Shown one piece after another: positions 38,201 through 51,269 of a stretch of DNA of 64,000 nt. Both the position numbers and the translations under genes were made by a program. This stretch comes from Geosiphon pyriformis uo1 (taxonomy: Eukaryota > Fungi > Glomeromycota). The notes under the pieces are model-generated. The model searched no databases. It was not told the DNA's origin and saw only the letters and a list, made by a program, of their open reading frames with translations. The stretch is from contig JAAOMT010000697.1 of the NCBI GenBank assembly GCA_016748015.1, positions 256,868-320,867 of the forward strand, given 5' to 3'. Within the stretch, counting starts at the first letter, position 1. Every line of letters begins with the position of its first letter.

Positions 38201-41200
38201 TTCTTAATGACCAGTCTAATATGGAAGATTGCCACATGTAATATTAGAGATATAAACAATTTAACTAAGCAAGAGGATATTGTGTATTGGCATAAAAACA
38301 TAAACAATCTGGTTTTAATTTTTACAGAAACAAAGCTGAAAGAAAAGGCCCATCCATAGATTGTTGACAAATTTAGTGGTGTCTATGTGTTTACTTTGGG
38401 TATGAATTCTGGCTACTTGAATTTGGGTGTTGCTATAGTTATAGACAACTCTTTGGCAAAGTATATATTTAAGATTTCTGAGGTTCTTGGTTAGCTTCTT
38501 TCTATCAAGTTGCTTTTCAAAAATAAATTTTCTGTTTCAATTCTGAGGCTTTATGCTGGTGTTTCTTCCTCAGTTTATTTTTTTCAAGCTAAAAAAATTA
38601 ACTCTTTTATTGCTAAAGCTGTAAGCAAGTTTTCTTTCATTGTTCTCAGTGGTGACTTCAATGAAGATGGTTCTTATAGATGTGCCAGTTACAAAAAGTG
38701 CCTTGATTTGGGTTTGGTTAACTCTTTGGATGAGGGCTCAATTGCTAAGATGCTGATACAGTGCAATTCTTGTGGAGTTACTAGAGTGATTAATTACTTA
38801 TTCATGTCTTCTAATCTGGTCAATTCAATAGTGAACCATGATGTGACTGATGTAGTTGACTATTTTAATACTAATTACAAAGCTATTGCTGTCTCTATGG
38901 GTCTTAGTGGTTTGTTGGATGTGCAGCTGTCTTCACTATGAAAGCAAGCTAATAAGAATTATTGAAAGTTTGACATTAAAAATGTCAATGTTGTAAAATA
39001 GTGTGAATTTAAGGACATTATGGCAGCTAATATTATTATGTTTTTGAATGAGTTTGCTAGGACAAAATCATTTTCAGATCTGAATGCAATGTGGGTTGTT
39101 GTTCACAAGATAATGGTTTTTTCTGCTAATGGTACTTTCAGAAAAAAGTGGTTCAAGAGTTTTAATGGTGTTTTTACCAAAGTGTCTTCTAGGTTTTATA
39201 AACTTGAATTGCTGGTATCCAAGTTGGTAAAAACTTCTCATTTGGCTTCTAGTAAGAATTTTGCTTTGTTGTTAGAAACTTGGGATAGACTCAATAATAG
39301 TGGTGTGGCAAAAGTAAAATCTCTTTTTCTTTCAGGTTATAGTTTTGATGTTATTTATTCTGAGCTGGCTAAGGCAAGGAAATCTTATTGCTCTTCCAAA
39401 TTGTTAAAATCAAAGCATGCTGAAAAGTCTCACATCAGACAGGCAATTTGTAAGAGGATGAAAAATTTTGAATTGGATAAGGATTATATCATCAGGAGTG
39501 TATTAGAGCATCTCTTTTGTAAGGTGGTATTAGATTATTTAGTTGTGGGCAATAAGTTGGTCTTGAAGCCAAGATTGGTCAAATTTAAGGTAAATACAAT
39601 CATGGAGAGTTAGACTAAAAGGTGTCAGGTGGTCAATAATGTTTCTGATCATTGGAGCTGTCAATATCAACCTTTGGAGTATGTTTTTGATAAAGCTTTT
39701 TCTGGTGTGATGTGTTTGATTGGTTTTAATAAACTATATGGAATGGTTTTTAATTTGCCTGATAGCAAAGCTGCTGGCCTCTCAGGTATCTCAAATGAGC
39801 TCTGGAAGCATTGTGATAAATCAGTTCTTAATCTGCTTTTGATATTTTTGAACTCTTGTTTGGTTTGTGAATCTGTACTTAGCTCTTGAAAAGAGGTTTG
39901 GGTCTCGATAATTCCTAAGTCTTATAACTGAGAGGGTGTTCTGACAAATACCCATTCTATTGTTTTAATTGAGACAGCTTACAAGATTCTTTCTAAGATT
40001 CTCTCTGATAGGATTTCTTTGGCATGTAGGACTTTTGATGTTCTTTGTGGAGACAATTTTTTGGTTTTAAAGGACACATCAATTTAGTTTCTCATTTTTG
40101 CAATTGGTTCAGTTATTGAAAATGTTTTGAAAAAGAATCAAGAGTTTTGGCTGGTTTTGCAAGACATGTGAAAAGCATACAATTCGGTCGGCTGAGAACA
40201 TCTTAAGAAGAGTTTAATTAGAATTAAAATGTGCAGCAAATTTATTTGATTCTTTGGTAATATTCATAGGGATCATATCAACAGAATTATGATGGATTTT
40301 GGTTTGACAAGTGATTATTGTGTGCATGATGGTTTAGACCAAGAAAAAGTTTTTTCTCCCTTCTGTGGCACATATTTTATGATCCTCTGTTGTGTGAAGT
40401 CAAGCATCAGGAAAGTATGTATGAGTATAGACTGAATTCAAATTTTGTTTCCAGAAGTGGTCACATTGAATTTCAGGCTGGACTTTCTTTTTTTTTTGCT
40501 GCCAGCACCTTCATTAATAATACAATTTAGATTGGTAGCAGTCAGAATGCTACTCAGCATATTTTCAATATTGCTAGTAATTTCTTTCAGATTAATGACA
40601 TTTTAATCAATAATGATAAAACAGTGGCCATTCCCATTAATAGCAAAGTTGACATTTTTTTTCTTTCTATCAGTAGTGCATCTATCTTTATCACTCAAAA
40701 GGGTGAATTTCATCTGTATCTGGGTATTTTTTTTTCGACTAAAGATCTTTCAAAGCCTAGTTTGGCTAAGGCATATTTGAACATTTGCTTTTTCACTAAT
40801 TTGGTTCTGAGAAAAGCTATTTCGGATAAGCAGTTTTTGTATTTGGTGTCAGCAGTTTTTTATTTTATAGTCAGTTATAGAATGCAGTTTAGTTTTGTTC
40901 TGGTGGTGTATGCAACAAATGAGATGCTATAATTCGTAAAGGGCTAAAGCTCAAGTCTGGCCTGCCTCTTAACTTTCCTAGTGATACAATTCACCACCCC
41001 TCCTTTTATGGTTTGAAATCTTTTGTGCAAATTCAATTTAAGAGTAAGATTGCTTTCTTTATTAGCTTTGTGAATGCCAATAGGATTCTGAGTCAATTGT
41101 TTTCTTACAGGTCTCATAATTTGCAAGTTCTTTGTTGGCATCCTGTTTATTCTTTGAGCTCTTCTGTTTGTGTTTGTGTTAGTGCTTCTAATAATTTTTT

Positions 41201-43031
41201 GGCAGACATAGTTCGTATTCTTAATGACTGTAGTTTGTCAATTGGTGGCTCTCTGACCAATTCTTTTTGCTTTTGTGATAGAGTTCCCATGTCTACTGTT
41301 TTTGGTGAGCCAAAGTTTTTCAAGTTTTTTTTTTTTCTCCAACAGTATGGCATTGCTTTCATGGATCAGCTTTGTGATTGTCATAGTGTTGTCTTTGATT
41401 GGTATACATTTAAGCGGTGGAAGAGATTGGACCCCTATGGCCTTATTCCTAAGTGGTTCAGACTTTCCTTTGCATTTCTCAATAATATGAATTTGTCTTT
41501 GGTTCTTCACTTGGCATCAAATGGTGTTGGTCTCCTAAACATTCTTGACTTAAGCAGTTTTGTGTCTGCATGTGATTATTTGTCTTGAGTAAATACTGGT
41601 AGTTTATCTGTATATACAGATGAATTTCTAAGGAGTTTAGATACAGTTGGCTGCAAAGCTGGTGCTGCTGTCTTTTTCAAAGACATTAATTTGGGTTTGG
41701 GCATTGGCATATTGGATCTAATATTATCTATTTTGGCTAAAATGCAAGCTATAGCATTAGCTTTGGAGTGTGTTCTTCTGTCTAGTTCTGTTCACTTGTT
41801 TTTGGATAGTCAATCTGCTTTAGATGCTTGCAAGTCAGAATTAAATTTGGTGTGTTCTGATTTTCATAATTAGTACTGGGTGGAGTATTAGCATATTGTT
41901 AATGTTATTTGCAGTAAAAATTTGAGTATTAGTTGACACAAGGTGAAGGGTTACTTTGGCATCTCAGAAAATGAGCTTGCTGATACAATCACTGGTAATG
42001 CTTCTATTTTTGACTGGTTTTTTTTTCCTTATCTAAGTGAACATTTTTTGGTGGCTAATGGCAGTATTATTTCTGACAATTCTAGACATTTTGTTCATGA
42101 TGTTTATTATTCTGTTTGTCGTGCACATTGGGAGGTTGGTTCTGGCTCAAAGTTTTTGGACTGCAGTTTGCTTTCTAAGATTAATTGGCATTGTTCTTTG
42201 TTTGTGTAACATCCTGATTTACACATGGCAGCTGGTTATACCAGCAAACCATTGGCTAATGTATGCACTTATTTTATGAAAGCTTTATATTATTGGTTGC
42301 TTGTAGCTATTTGTAAACACCTTTATAATAAATATTATCTCAGTATATTGTGCTTGTACTGTGATGAGATAAAAGTGTTAGATCATGTATTTTTTTATAG
42401 AGTTGACAAATCTGCTTGGCATCAGTTACTGAAATTCCACATGAGTTCTTGGAAGTTGCTTTTGGGTCTTTTTTATTCTTCTTTGGGTGTAATCCAATTG
42501 CTGTCAACCTGTGTTTCTGATCCCTCTTTATCAATGGCTTTTTTTAAGGGTTGTGTTCTTAATAATTGTTTTTGTAAGGCAGTTTTCATTTTTTGTAATT
42601 TTGAAATTGTTTGTCAAAAGGTTGTTGAATTTGTGCACTCTCTTAGTCTTGCTTTTAAGAATGATATATGGTTAGTTTATGCTAAATATTATGCATATAT
42701 AGAAAAAAATGGCTTGATTCTCTCAGATAGTTCTGCTTTTATATCGGTCTCTAGTTTGGCTTCAGGGCTTTCTAATGGTGTGGTTAAATTGTTTGGCATA
42801 GCTAAGACTTTTGGCATATGTTTTGGCTTTTGTAAATCTTGTTTGTTTTTTTTTGGAGTAGGTAATTCAGTTTCAGTTCATATATTTGTATAGTGTTGTT
42901 CTGATCAGCCCAAGTGGTTGGTTACATGTAGAAAAAACATGATTCATGCCTAATATAAATCATTTCTTTAATGTATAGAATTAGGCAGTATTTGGACTTC
43001 ACTCATTAAATAATAATAATAATAATAATAA
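35300..43031 (+). mobile_element. Full-length LINE (ORF1 RRM/CCHC; ORF2 APE-RT-RNaseH-Cys motif), pseudogenised
   Basis: ORF1 ends at 38207. ORF2 starts at 38207 with MTSLIWKIATCNIR...FTETKLK...VLSGDFNE (endonuclease), then KAAGLSGISNELWK...LQDM*KAYNSV (RT), LSVYTD...AIALAL...DSQSAL...KVKGY...NELAD (RNase H) and CLYC...DHVF. Stop at 42893, then (AAT)n tail. Confidence 0.93.
35547..36519 (+). mobile_element. Solo LTR of family B inserted in LINE ORF1
   Basis: Runs TGTTACCA...AGTAATA and is a reverse-complement homolog of 19007-20019. 4-bp TSD TCGC/TTGC. Removing it restores ORF1 as KKFAAAKV. Confidence 0.92.
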
Positions 43032-44287
43032 AATTTTAAAAACTATAACAAATTTTGTAATTTAAGTTTAATAATAGTATTTAAAACTTTTAAAATATAA
43101 ATTATTAAAAAAAACCAAACAATAATTAAAACCTATTTATTGTAAAACTTAATTTAATTTTACAGGCAAAAAAATAACAATTAAATTTAATAAAACTTCA
43201 ATTTTTTTGATTATAAATTTTATTAGATTAAACAAATTTTATAATTTTAATTTTAGCAATTTTAACTTAAATTAATATATTTTATTAATAATAATATTAA
43301 AAAAATTATGTGATATTAAAAAGACAACAGTTTTAATATAGAATATTAAAATAATAAACTATTTTAAATATAACAAAAAACTTAAAAAAAGCTAAATAAC
43401 TAAAAAACAGTTTTATAATTATTAGTTAAATAATTTAAGTTTTAATATTTATAATATTATTATTATTTAAAGATTTTTTACCAAATATATATTTTTTTTA
43501 AAATATTAAAATTAAAAATAACAATAATATATTTTTCTTAATAATTGAATTTAGAAAACCAAAAAATAAAAAAAGGCTACTTATATATTTAAGCAATTAT
43601 ATTACTGATTTTAAAGATAATATAATTAGATAAAAAATCAATTAACTTGCTTTTAAATACACTATAAAAGACAATAACTTTTTTTTTATCAAAACCAACT
43701 AATAAGCAAAAGTAATATTAAAGATTTTAAATAATTTAAATTAAATAATAATATATTACCACAATTTAACAAATCTTTAAAAAAAAATTGGTTTAAAAAC
43801 AAAATTAACAGTTTCAAAATTTTAATAGAACACAAAACTGTTGTTTTTTTAATAGATTAAAGAAAAAAACATTTTTAAAAATAATAAAAAAGTTATTATT
43901 AATATTTAAAAAAATTTGGTTGCTGGTCTGATATGATTAGTATTTAAAGTTTTTTGCTTATTAATTTATAATAAAGAACTTATTGAAGTTGGAAATATTG
44001 AAAAAGCTGAATATTTAATAAGAAATAGATTTATCAAAATTCATTTTTATTGGTATTACTTTTAATTTTGAAACCGAAAATTATCGGATTCTTTCTCGCT
44101 TAGATTGAATTAATGCAGACATGCTTAATAAAAAATTTTTTCTTGGATAATAATTTTTGTGTGCCCAAAGGTAAATTCGAACCCCAAAATTCCTGCGTGA
44201 CACAATGTTCAACTGTCTGGCTTGAACATTAAAGTAATAATAAAAAAGGTAGTACAACTCCAATTTTGAATTTGCAAGTCCAAAAGT

Positions 44288-46646
44288 ATGTCTGATGCAG
44301 CCATTTCACAGTTTTACAAGTATGTTGACGATAACCAAGATCACTATGTTCAAAGGCTGCGAGAAGCGGTAGCCATACCAAGGTATAATTCCTATCGTTA
44401 AGCATTCAGGGTCAAGTTAAACCCTTTTGAATTTGACCAGAGGCTTTGAGAGTTATCAAAGGACATGAAAGAATCTGATCTAGCCTCTGGTGAAATAAGT
44501 TATTAAATTTTTGAAATTCATCCTCAACGCTATTTCAGCATAAGTTCCGATGTTTCACGCCGCCCCGATGTCTTCCGTATGGGGGATTGGTTGATCGAAA
44601 TTTTCAAAAAACTTGGAATTAGGTGCCTTGTGCTTCAATTTGCTTTTTGGAGATGCTAGATTGGCATTTCATAATCCAATTTCAAATGATGCTTGTTTTC
44701 GAGAAAGTTATCGAGTAGAAGATCTAGGCACTCACGAAATGGATGGTCAAACCCTTAAACTGCCACCAATTCTTTTGGGTAATTATGGCGATGATCCCAA
44801 CAAGAAAACCCTGTTGGTTTATGGGCACTACGATGTGCAGCCGGTCCGTGTGAAGTAATTTATTCCTACCCCGTCTGATCGTAGATTTCTTTTAACCTGA
44901 AAAATGTACTTGGTTTTATCATGAAATAGGCTTTAAAAGAAGATGGATGGGACACAGATCCCTGGGACTTAGTAGAGGACTCCCATGGCCGTCTCCTAGG
45001 CCGAGGTTCCTCCGATGACAAAGGACCAATTCTTGGGTGGCTGAACGTAATCGAAGCCCATCAAAAGTTGGGATTGGAGCTTCCGGTCAATCTTAAGATA
45101 TGCTTTGAAGGTACGTGACTTGGAAATTAGGATCAGATATCTGTATTTTACATAACTCGAGAATCTGAACTTGGAATTTATTAGGCATGGAGGAAAATGG
45201 ATCTGAAGGTTTAGATGATCTGATCTTCCGTGAAGCCAAAAGTTATTTCAAAAATGTAGACGCCGTCACAATCTCGGATAATTATTGGCTTGGAACCAAA
45301 AAACCTTGTCTGACCTATGGATTACGTATGTAAGCCTTGGGATTTTTCGTGACATAAAAGTTTCTTCAATCTATTGATCATATCTTTATATCTATATGGA
45401 TTCTTCAAGGTGGAATCTCGTACTATAAGTTAATTGTATCTGGTCCTGGGAAGGATCTCCATTCCGGCGTCTTTGGTGGCACTGTTTATGAGCCAATGAC
45501 CGATTTGGTACATCTCTTAAGTAAACTGATCAAACCTGATGGGACCATCTTAGTTCCCGGAATTTATGATGATGTAGCAACAGTGACTGGTTGGGGAGAC
45601 TATTTTTACGATTAAATTAAATATTAACTTGCTCTTAATTTGATTTATTTAACAACTTTTTATCACTTGTTTCCGCTTAGATGAAGAAAAGAAAACTTAC
45701 GAATCAATCGACTTCTCAGCCGCGGACTTGCACCAGGCAATTGGGTCCAACAGTTCTCGGCACGAAAAGGAAATTGACACATTGATGCATCGGTCGGTTC
45801 AAAACATCTGAACGTTCTTTAGATAATTCTTAGGTCATATAACGCAAATAAGTGATTTCTCCATATTTCTTACCTTAGATGGCGTCATCCAACCCTTTCT
45901 TTACATGGAATCGAAGGTGCCTTTTCTGCACCTGGTTCCAAAACTGTCATACCGGCAAAAGTGATTGGCAAGTTTTCAATACGTTCCGTGCCAAACATGG
46001 AGCCCGATCGTATCACACAATTGGTCACTGAGTATTTAAACGCTGAATTTGCGAAACTTAAAACTAAAAATAAGATGAGTGTTGAATTAACGCACGGGGC
46101 CAAATCGTGGGTTGCTAGCCCGAAACATTGGAATTTTGGTGTGTCCATGATATCCCTTTTTTTATCATACAATTTAGTAAAGTTCCCGAGGGAAAGTCTT
46201 CTAAAACTGACATTTTTGATAAAAATTCAGTCGCGGCTGCCAAAGCTGTCGAAAAAGTCTTCCATGTTAAACCCGATTTGACGCGTGAAGGAGGATCTAT
46301 TCCTGTCACCTTGACCTTCCAAGACGCACTTGATGGTAAAAACGTATTGTTACTCCCGATGGGTCGTGGGGTGGGTATCAATATTTTTAACTTTTCTAAT
46401 CGCTACATGAAAATTTGTTAACCATAATCAACTTTTTTCATTAACATAATATGTGAATTAAGGATGATGTGAGTAAATTTTACAATATCACTTCACTAGT
46501 TAATGTCTATGAATACTGACACTTTTTGGAACATATTCTAGGGTGCACATTCTATCAATGAAAAATTAGATCGCTCAAATTATATTGAAGGAATTAAATT
46601 ATTAGGAACGTACTTATATGAAGTGGCTCATATTGAAGTAAAATAA
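44288..46646 (+). CDS. DUG1: Cys-Gly metallodipeptidase (M20 family, Dug1/CNDP2), multi-exon
   Basis: [94 protein letters not shown] and GRG|DD|GAHSINEKL. Confidence 0.96.
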
Positions 46647-47145
46647 AAGTTGGCAGAACTGAAGGTTACATGTTATTATTTTTACAATGTACAAGGAGTG
46701 TCGATAAAAGGGTTATATATATGAACTGTCAACGGTGCTTTCACTATAAAAATTAAGGTAGACTTTAAAATGCCTCAGATCCAATACTGAGTTTTGGCAC
46801 CAATAATGGAATTTACAATTATTACCTTTTAAGATTCACCATATCGTTTACTTGATGTCCATTAAACTCTTCATCCTCAATGAAGTCCCTCTGACAAAAC
46901 TTCAGAAGAAAACCATTCTATTTAGATATTTTGGTTGTAGTAGATGGATAACTAGCGTGTACATAGCCTTTACAATAAATCCCATACCTAAGCTCCATAG
47001 TGTTATCAAATGATTATTCGAAGTTGTCTATCTTCGAATTGCCATTTTCCTAAGTTACAAAAATGTGGATGCGATGGATCGTATTGAAAAGCAAACACGT
47101 TATGACAATCCCGCGATCACCCGATTTAAAGCAACTTGAAGTCGA

Positions 47146-50100
47146 TTATTGGAAGATGGTCTCCTCATGTTTACGTTTGGCTGTATAAGTACCCGGTTTT
47201 GCCATCGCAGAAGGATGAGAAGCAAGTTCAGGGGGAATTCGCGAGATAGGGCTCTTGAGGATCATTTGCTTCAAATCGTACCTATAAAAGAATGTCGATC
47301 AAAAATTTATTCAGAAATGGAAGGATCTGTTGAGTTGATACTTACATTACATCAGCATCGCTCGGGGACAAGAAGGTAATGGCAACACCTGATTTACCAG
47401 CACGGCCAGTACGCCCAATACGATGCGTATAATCTAGAAATTATAAAAATATTATTTGAGGCTCAATTGAAATCGGGATTACAAGGTTTTTATTGAACAT
47501 ACCTTCAATGTTCTTGGCCATGTCATAATTGATGACCAGGGAAACATTTTTGACATCAATACCTCGTCCAGCGACATCAGTAGCAACTTTGAAAAAATTA
47601 GTTAATTTAGATCAAACAAAAATTAAACTTTTGATAAAAGACATACCAAGAATATCCATTGTGCCAGTCTTGAGGTGTGCCAAGGCACTCTCTCTGATAA
47701 AATAAAAAAATAAATACTTGGCTATGTTTAATAGAAAATCAGAGATTTATAAATATTAACCGTTGCTCTTGAGTCTTGCCACCATGTAAAGTTGTTGCAC
47801 GGTACTATAAAATAAAGAGCAAAGAGACATTATTGGAGCCAACTATAATATGCATATAATAAGCTCAAGTATATACCCCTAATTTGTTTAGCGCTCTTGC
47901 AAGTACATCGCAACCCTTTTTTTGATTGACGAAGATAATTATTGGCGGGTCATAAGACCCATGTAAAAGCTCCAATAGACGCCCCCTATTAAAATCAAGC
48001 AGGATATCAGTGTCAAAAAAATCCAAAGGAGGCAAAATAATATTTCAATACATACTTCTTTCGGCTTTCATCATGAATCATTTCAACTCTTTGTTCAACA
48101 GTATCTACTGCTTGACCAGCTGTCCCAATTGTGACTACGGCAGGTCGTCGCAAATATCTTAAGTAGTTATAAAGGAAATTATGATATTTTAGGAGATCCA
48201 AAGAACAGTCGAATCAAGTATCAAATATAGGATTGATTAGCAAACCGTTTTGCTAAGCGTTCAACTGCAGGGGGCATAGTAGCCGAAAACATGACAGTCT
48301 GTCTATAACGTTCTTTTTGACCGAGCTTTTTAAGCATTTCAATAGGATTCTCAGCCTCTTCACTATCAGGCTTAACGTTTGAGACAGGCAAAGCATCCAA
48401 TATTGTGTTAACGTCAGTTTCAAAACCCATATCTATCATACGATCAGCCTAATAAAAAATAAAGGAAAAACTTAGTATTTTGATGGTTTCCCATATTATA
48501 TTAAATTGCTTTAAGATACGTACTTCATCCATGACCACATAGGTACATTGATTCAAAACTAAAATTCGGCGATCAAGACAATCTTTTAAACGACCAGGTG
48601 TGGCGATGATAATTTCAGCCCCATTTCTTAAGTTGAAAGCTTGTTCCTCGACGGCGTGCTAGTTAATCAAAAGTAAATTTTATATCAGAATTTAAATATA
48701 TCTATATCATATATCAAAAATAAACATCCTGCCAACATACCCCACCAACAATCGAAACACAATTGAATCCCATAGGCGCAGCGAATTTTAAGGTTTCTTG
48801 CTCAATTTGCTGAGCTAGTTCACGAGTTGGGGCCAAAATCAAAGCATAAGGGCCCTCGGACATGTTTTCTTCGCATAATCGGGGAAGATCAGATATATAC
48901 ACGAGCATAGGAATAACAAAGGATGCTGTTTTACCACTTCCTATAAATATCCCAAATGAGTAGCTCGTTATTTGACATATAAAGAAGACACGCTTAGAGT
49001 ATCGTTTGGTACCTGTTTCTGCAATACCAATAATATCTCTATTTTGTAATCCAATTGGTATAGCTTGCCGCTGAATTGGAGTCGGTTCTTTGTATCCAAT
49101 ACTGTCAATTAAATTGAGAATGCGCTCGGAAAGACCAGATTCCTTCCAAGACCGGATGGCATTTGGGATGCTGCCACCTAAGAAACACAAAATTAATAAA
49201 TATATTCAAAAAAAACCTCCTTCATTCTCTTAATTCGTAGTACCTTTAGTTGTTATGTTGAAATCTTCCTTAAAGATACGCCAGTCTCTTTCTTTCATCT
49301 CAGTCAAAGGTTTCTCCGACCAATGTCTATCATCCCACATAGTTTTCATTTCTTTACGCCTGTCAATTTCCATTCGTTCCCTGTAAAACAAGCGGAATTA
49401 GTATTGAATTGAAAGTAAATATTCAAAGCAACTCGAAACATACTCAGCGCGATCTTTCTGATCCACTGTCCTTCTTTCTTCTAAAAGTTGATTATAAAAT
49501 TGTGCCCGATCACGCTTTTGTTCCTTGATATCAATCCCTGCGAAATGACCTCTTCCGAACATTTGAGCATTATGCCTCGTTGCATAGAGCGGGTTGAAAT
49601 CTTGGGAGGTGTCTTCACCAGCATCCCAATCAAAAACGAATTTTTTCTCATTCATTCTGCGTATTTTACGTTTCTTTCGCTCGCCACCCATGTATCGTTC
49701 CTAATTCATTGTAATATTGCTTGTGAAATGAGTCGAATGAGTATTTGAGTAGTAATATTTAATTTATAAATACGAACTCTAATCGCCTGCAGCTCTTTAT
49801 CATCTAGTTTTTCCTCTGGTTGATTGGTATCAAGTTTCTCGACTATACGTTTCTCTGGAGCTTCTCGCTCTCTCCCTCTTCCCCTTTCCCGATCGTAGCG
49901 TTCATGTCGGTCACGTTCATACCTATCGTAATGATCCCTCCTATCTCTGCCATAGATTTGATTATTATTGCCTCTTGACCTGTCACGATCATAACGTTCA
50001 TATCGGTCACGCTCATATCTATTGTCGTAATAATCCCGCCTATCACGACCGTGCCCTTTTGGTTGAGATGGCTATTAATAACAATTGATTGAGGAAACGA

Positions 50101-50436
50101 TAAATCCACTGTAAAAAGGTTTACCGTTTTGGCGGGAATCATCCATAGCCCTCCTTCGTTCTTCATCGTGCTTTTGACGTTGATCCCCCAGCTCTTTTTG
50201 TCTCTTTTCTAAGGCCTGCTTTTCCTTTTCTTCTTTCTCCTTCTTGGTTTTTTCTCTTTCATCCTTTGTTAAAAATTTTGGCTAATGGAAAAAGTATAAA
50301 GTTAAGAGGATGCATGTTATGTTCCAAGGAAAAAGAAAATACTTGCCCGATCATTTTCTTGCTTTTCTGTTAGACGCTTTTGCAATAACTCTTCTAAGGA
50401 AATCGGGACTTTTCTGGTTGCGGTGGCGCCGTTCAT
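47146..50436 (-). CDS. PRP28: Spliceosomal DEAD-box helicase Prp28/DDX23, multi-exon
   Basis: VPISLEELL...[72 protein letters not shown] and [10 protein letters not shown]. Stop at 47146. Confidence 0.97.
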
Positions 50437-51269
50437 TGCTCAGCCAAATGGGTTATTCGTGAAATTCCGGTGGAAGGAAAGAAGTATCAATAAATTCGAT
50501 AACTTTTTTTTGTCAGATCAATTCATTAGCCTATACATGTATAATAAAGCGGATTTCATAGAGAATCATGTGAACCCATTAAAAATATTATGTTAAAATT
50601 ATCTGCAATTTTAATATACAGTATAAGGCAGAAAAGTTTCCATTTGACAAAAAATTGTTTTTTGTAAACACCTTTAACTTTGAAACAAAAACATCATATT
50701 TATAATATTAATTTGTGAATTGATGATATAGAAATGTAAAAAAAACTCATTAATTAACAAATTTATTATTATTATAATAATTTGAAAAACAAAAATAATA
50801 AACACATAAATAAAAATATAAAACTAAAAATATTTTATAAAATAATATCTATAATGATAAATATTTTAATGGTAATTTTTTTATTATATATTTTAATTTT
50901 AAGTATAATTTATGCACTTTTTATACATAATTAGCTATTTAAGCCAGCCAAAACTATATACGTAAAACTCATAACAAAATTCAAATTTAAAAATCTTAAT
51001 TAATTAAATTTAACAATTTAATATAATATAAAAAGTATTTAATATTTTATTATTAGCAGTTTTAATGTTTTTGAAATTGCAAAATATTTTTTTAATTCAT
51101 TTGTAAAAATTTATTTATTTATTAATAATATAAATTTTTAATAATAAAGATTTTATGTTTAAATATTAAAAATATAATCCAATTAAAAATTAATTTTATA
51201 TAATAATAATATTATATAATAAATTTAAATTATATTTAAACTATATATAATTGATTATTTATATTAATT

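Noticed and set aside
42900-42945. Hammerhead ribozyme (CTGA...GAAA)
   Set aside because: The CUGANGA core and stem geometry do not fit; simple hairpins explain the sequence.
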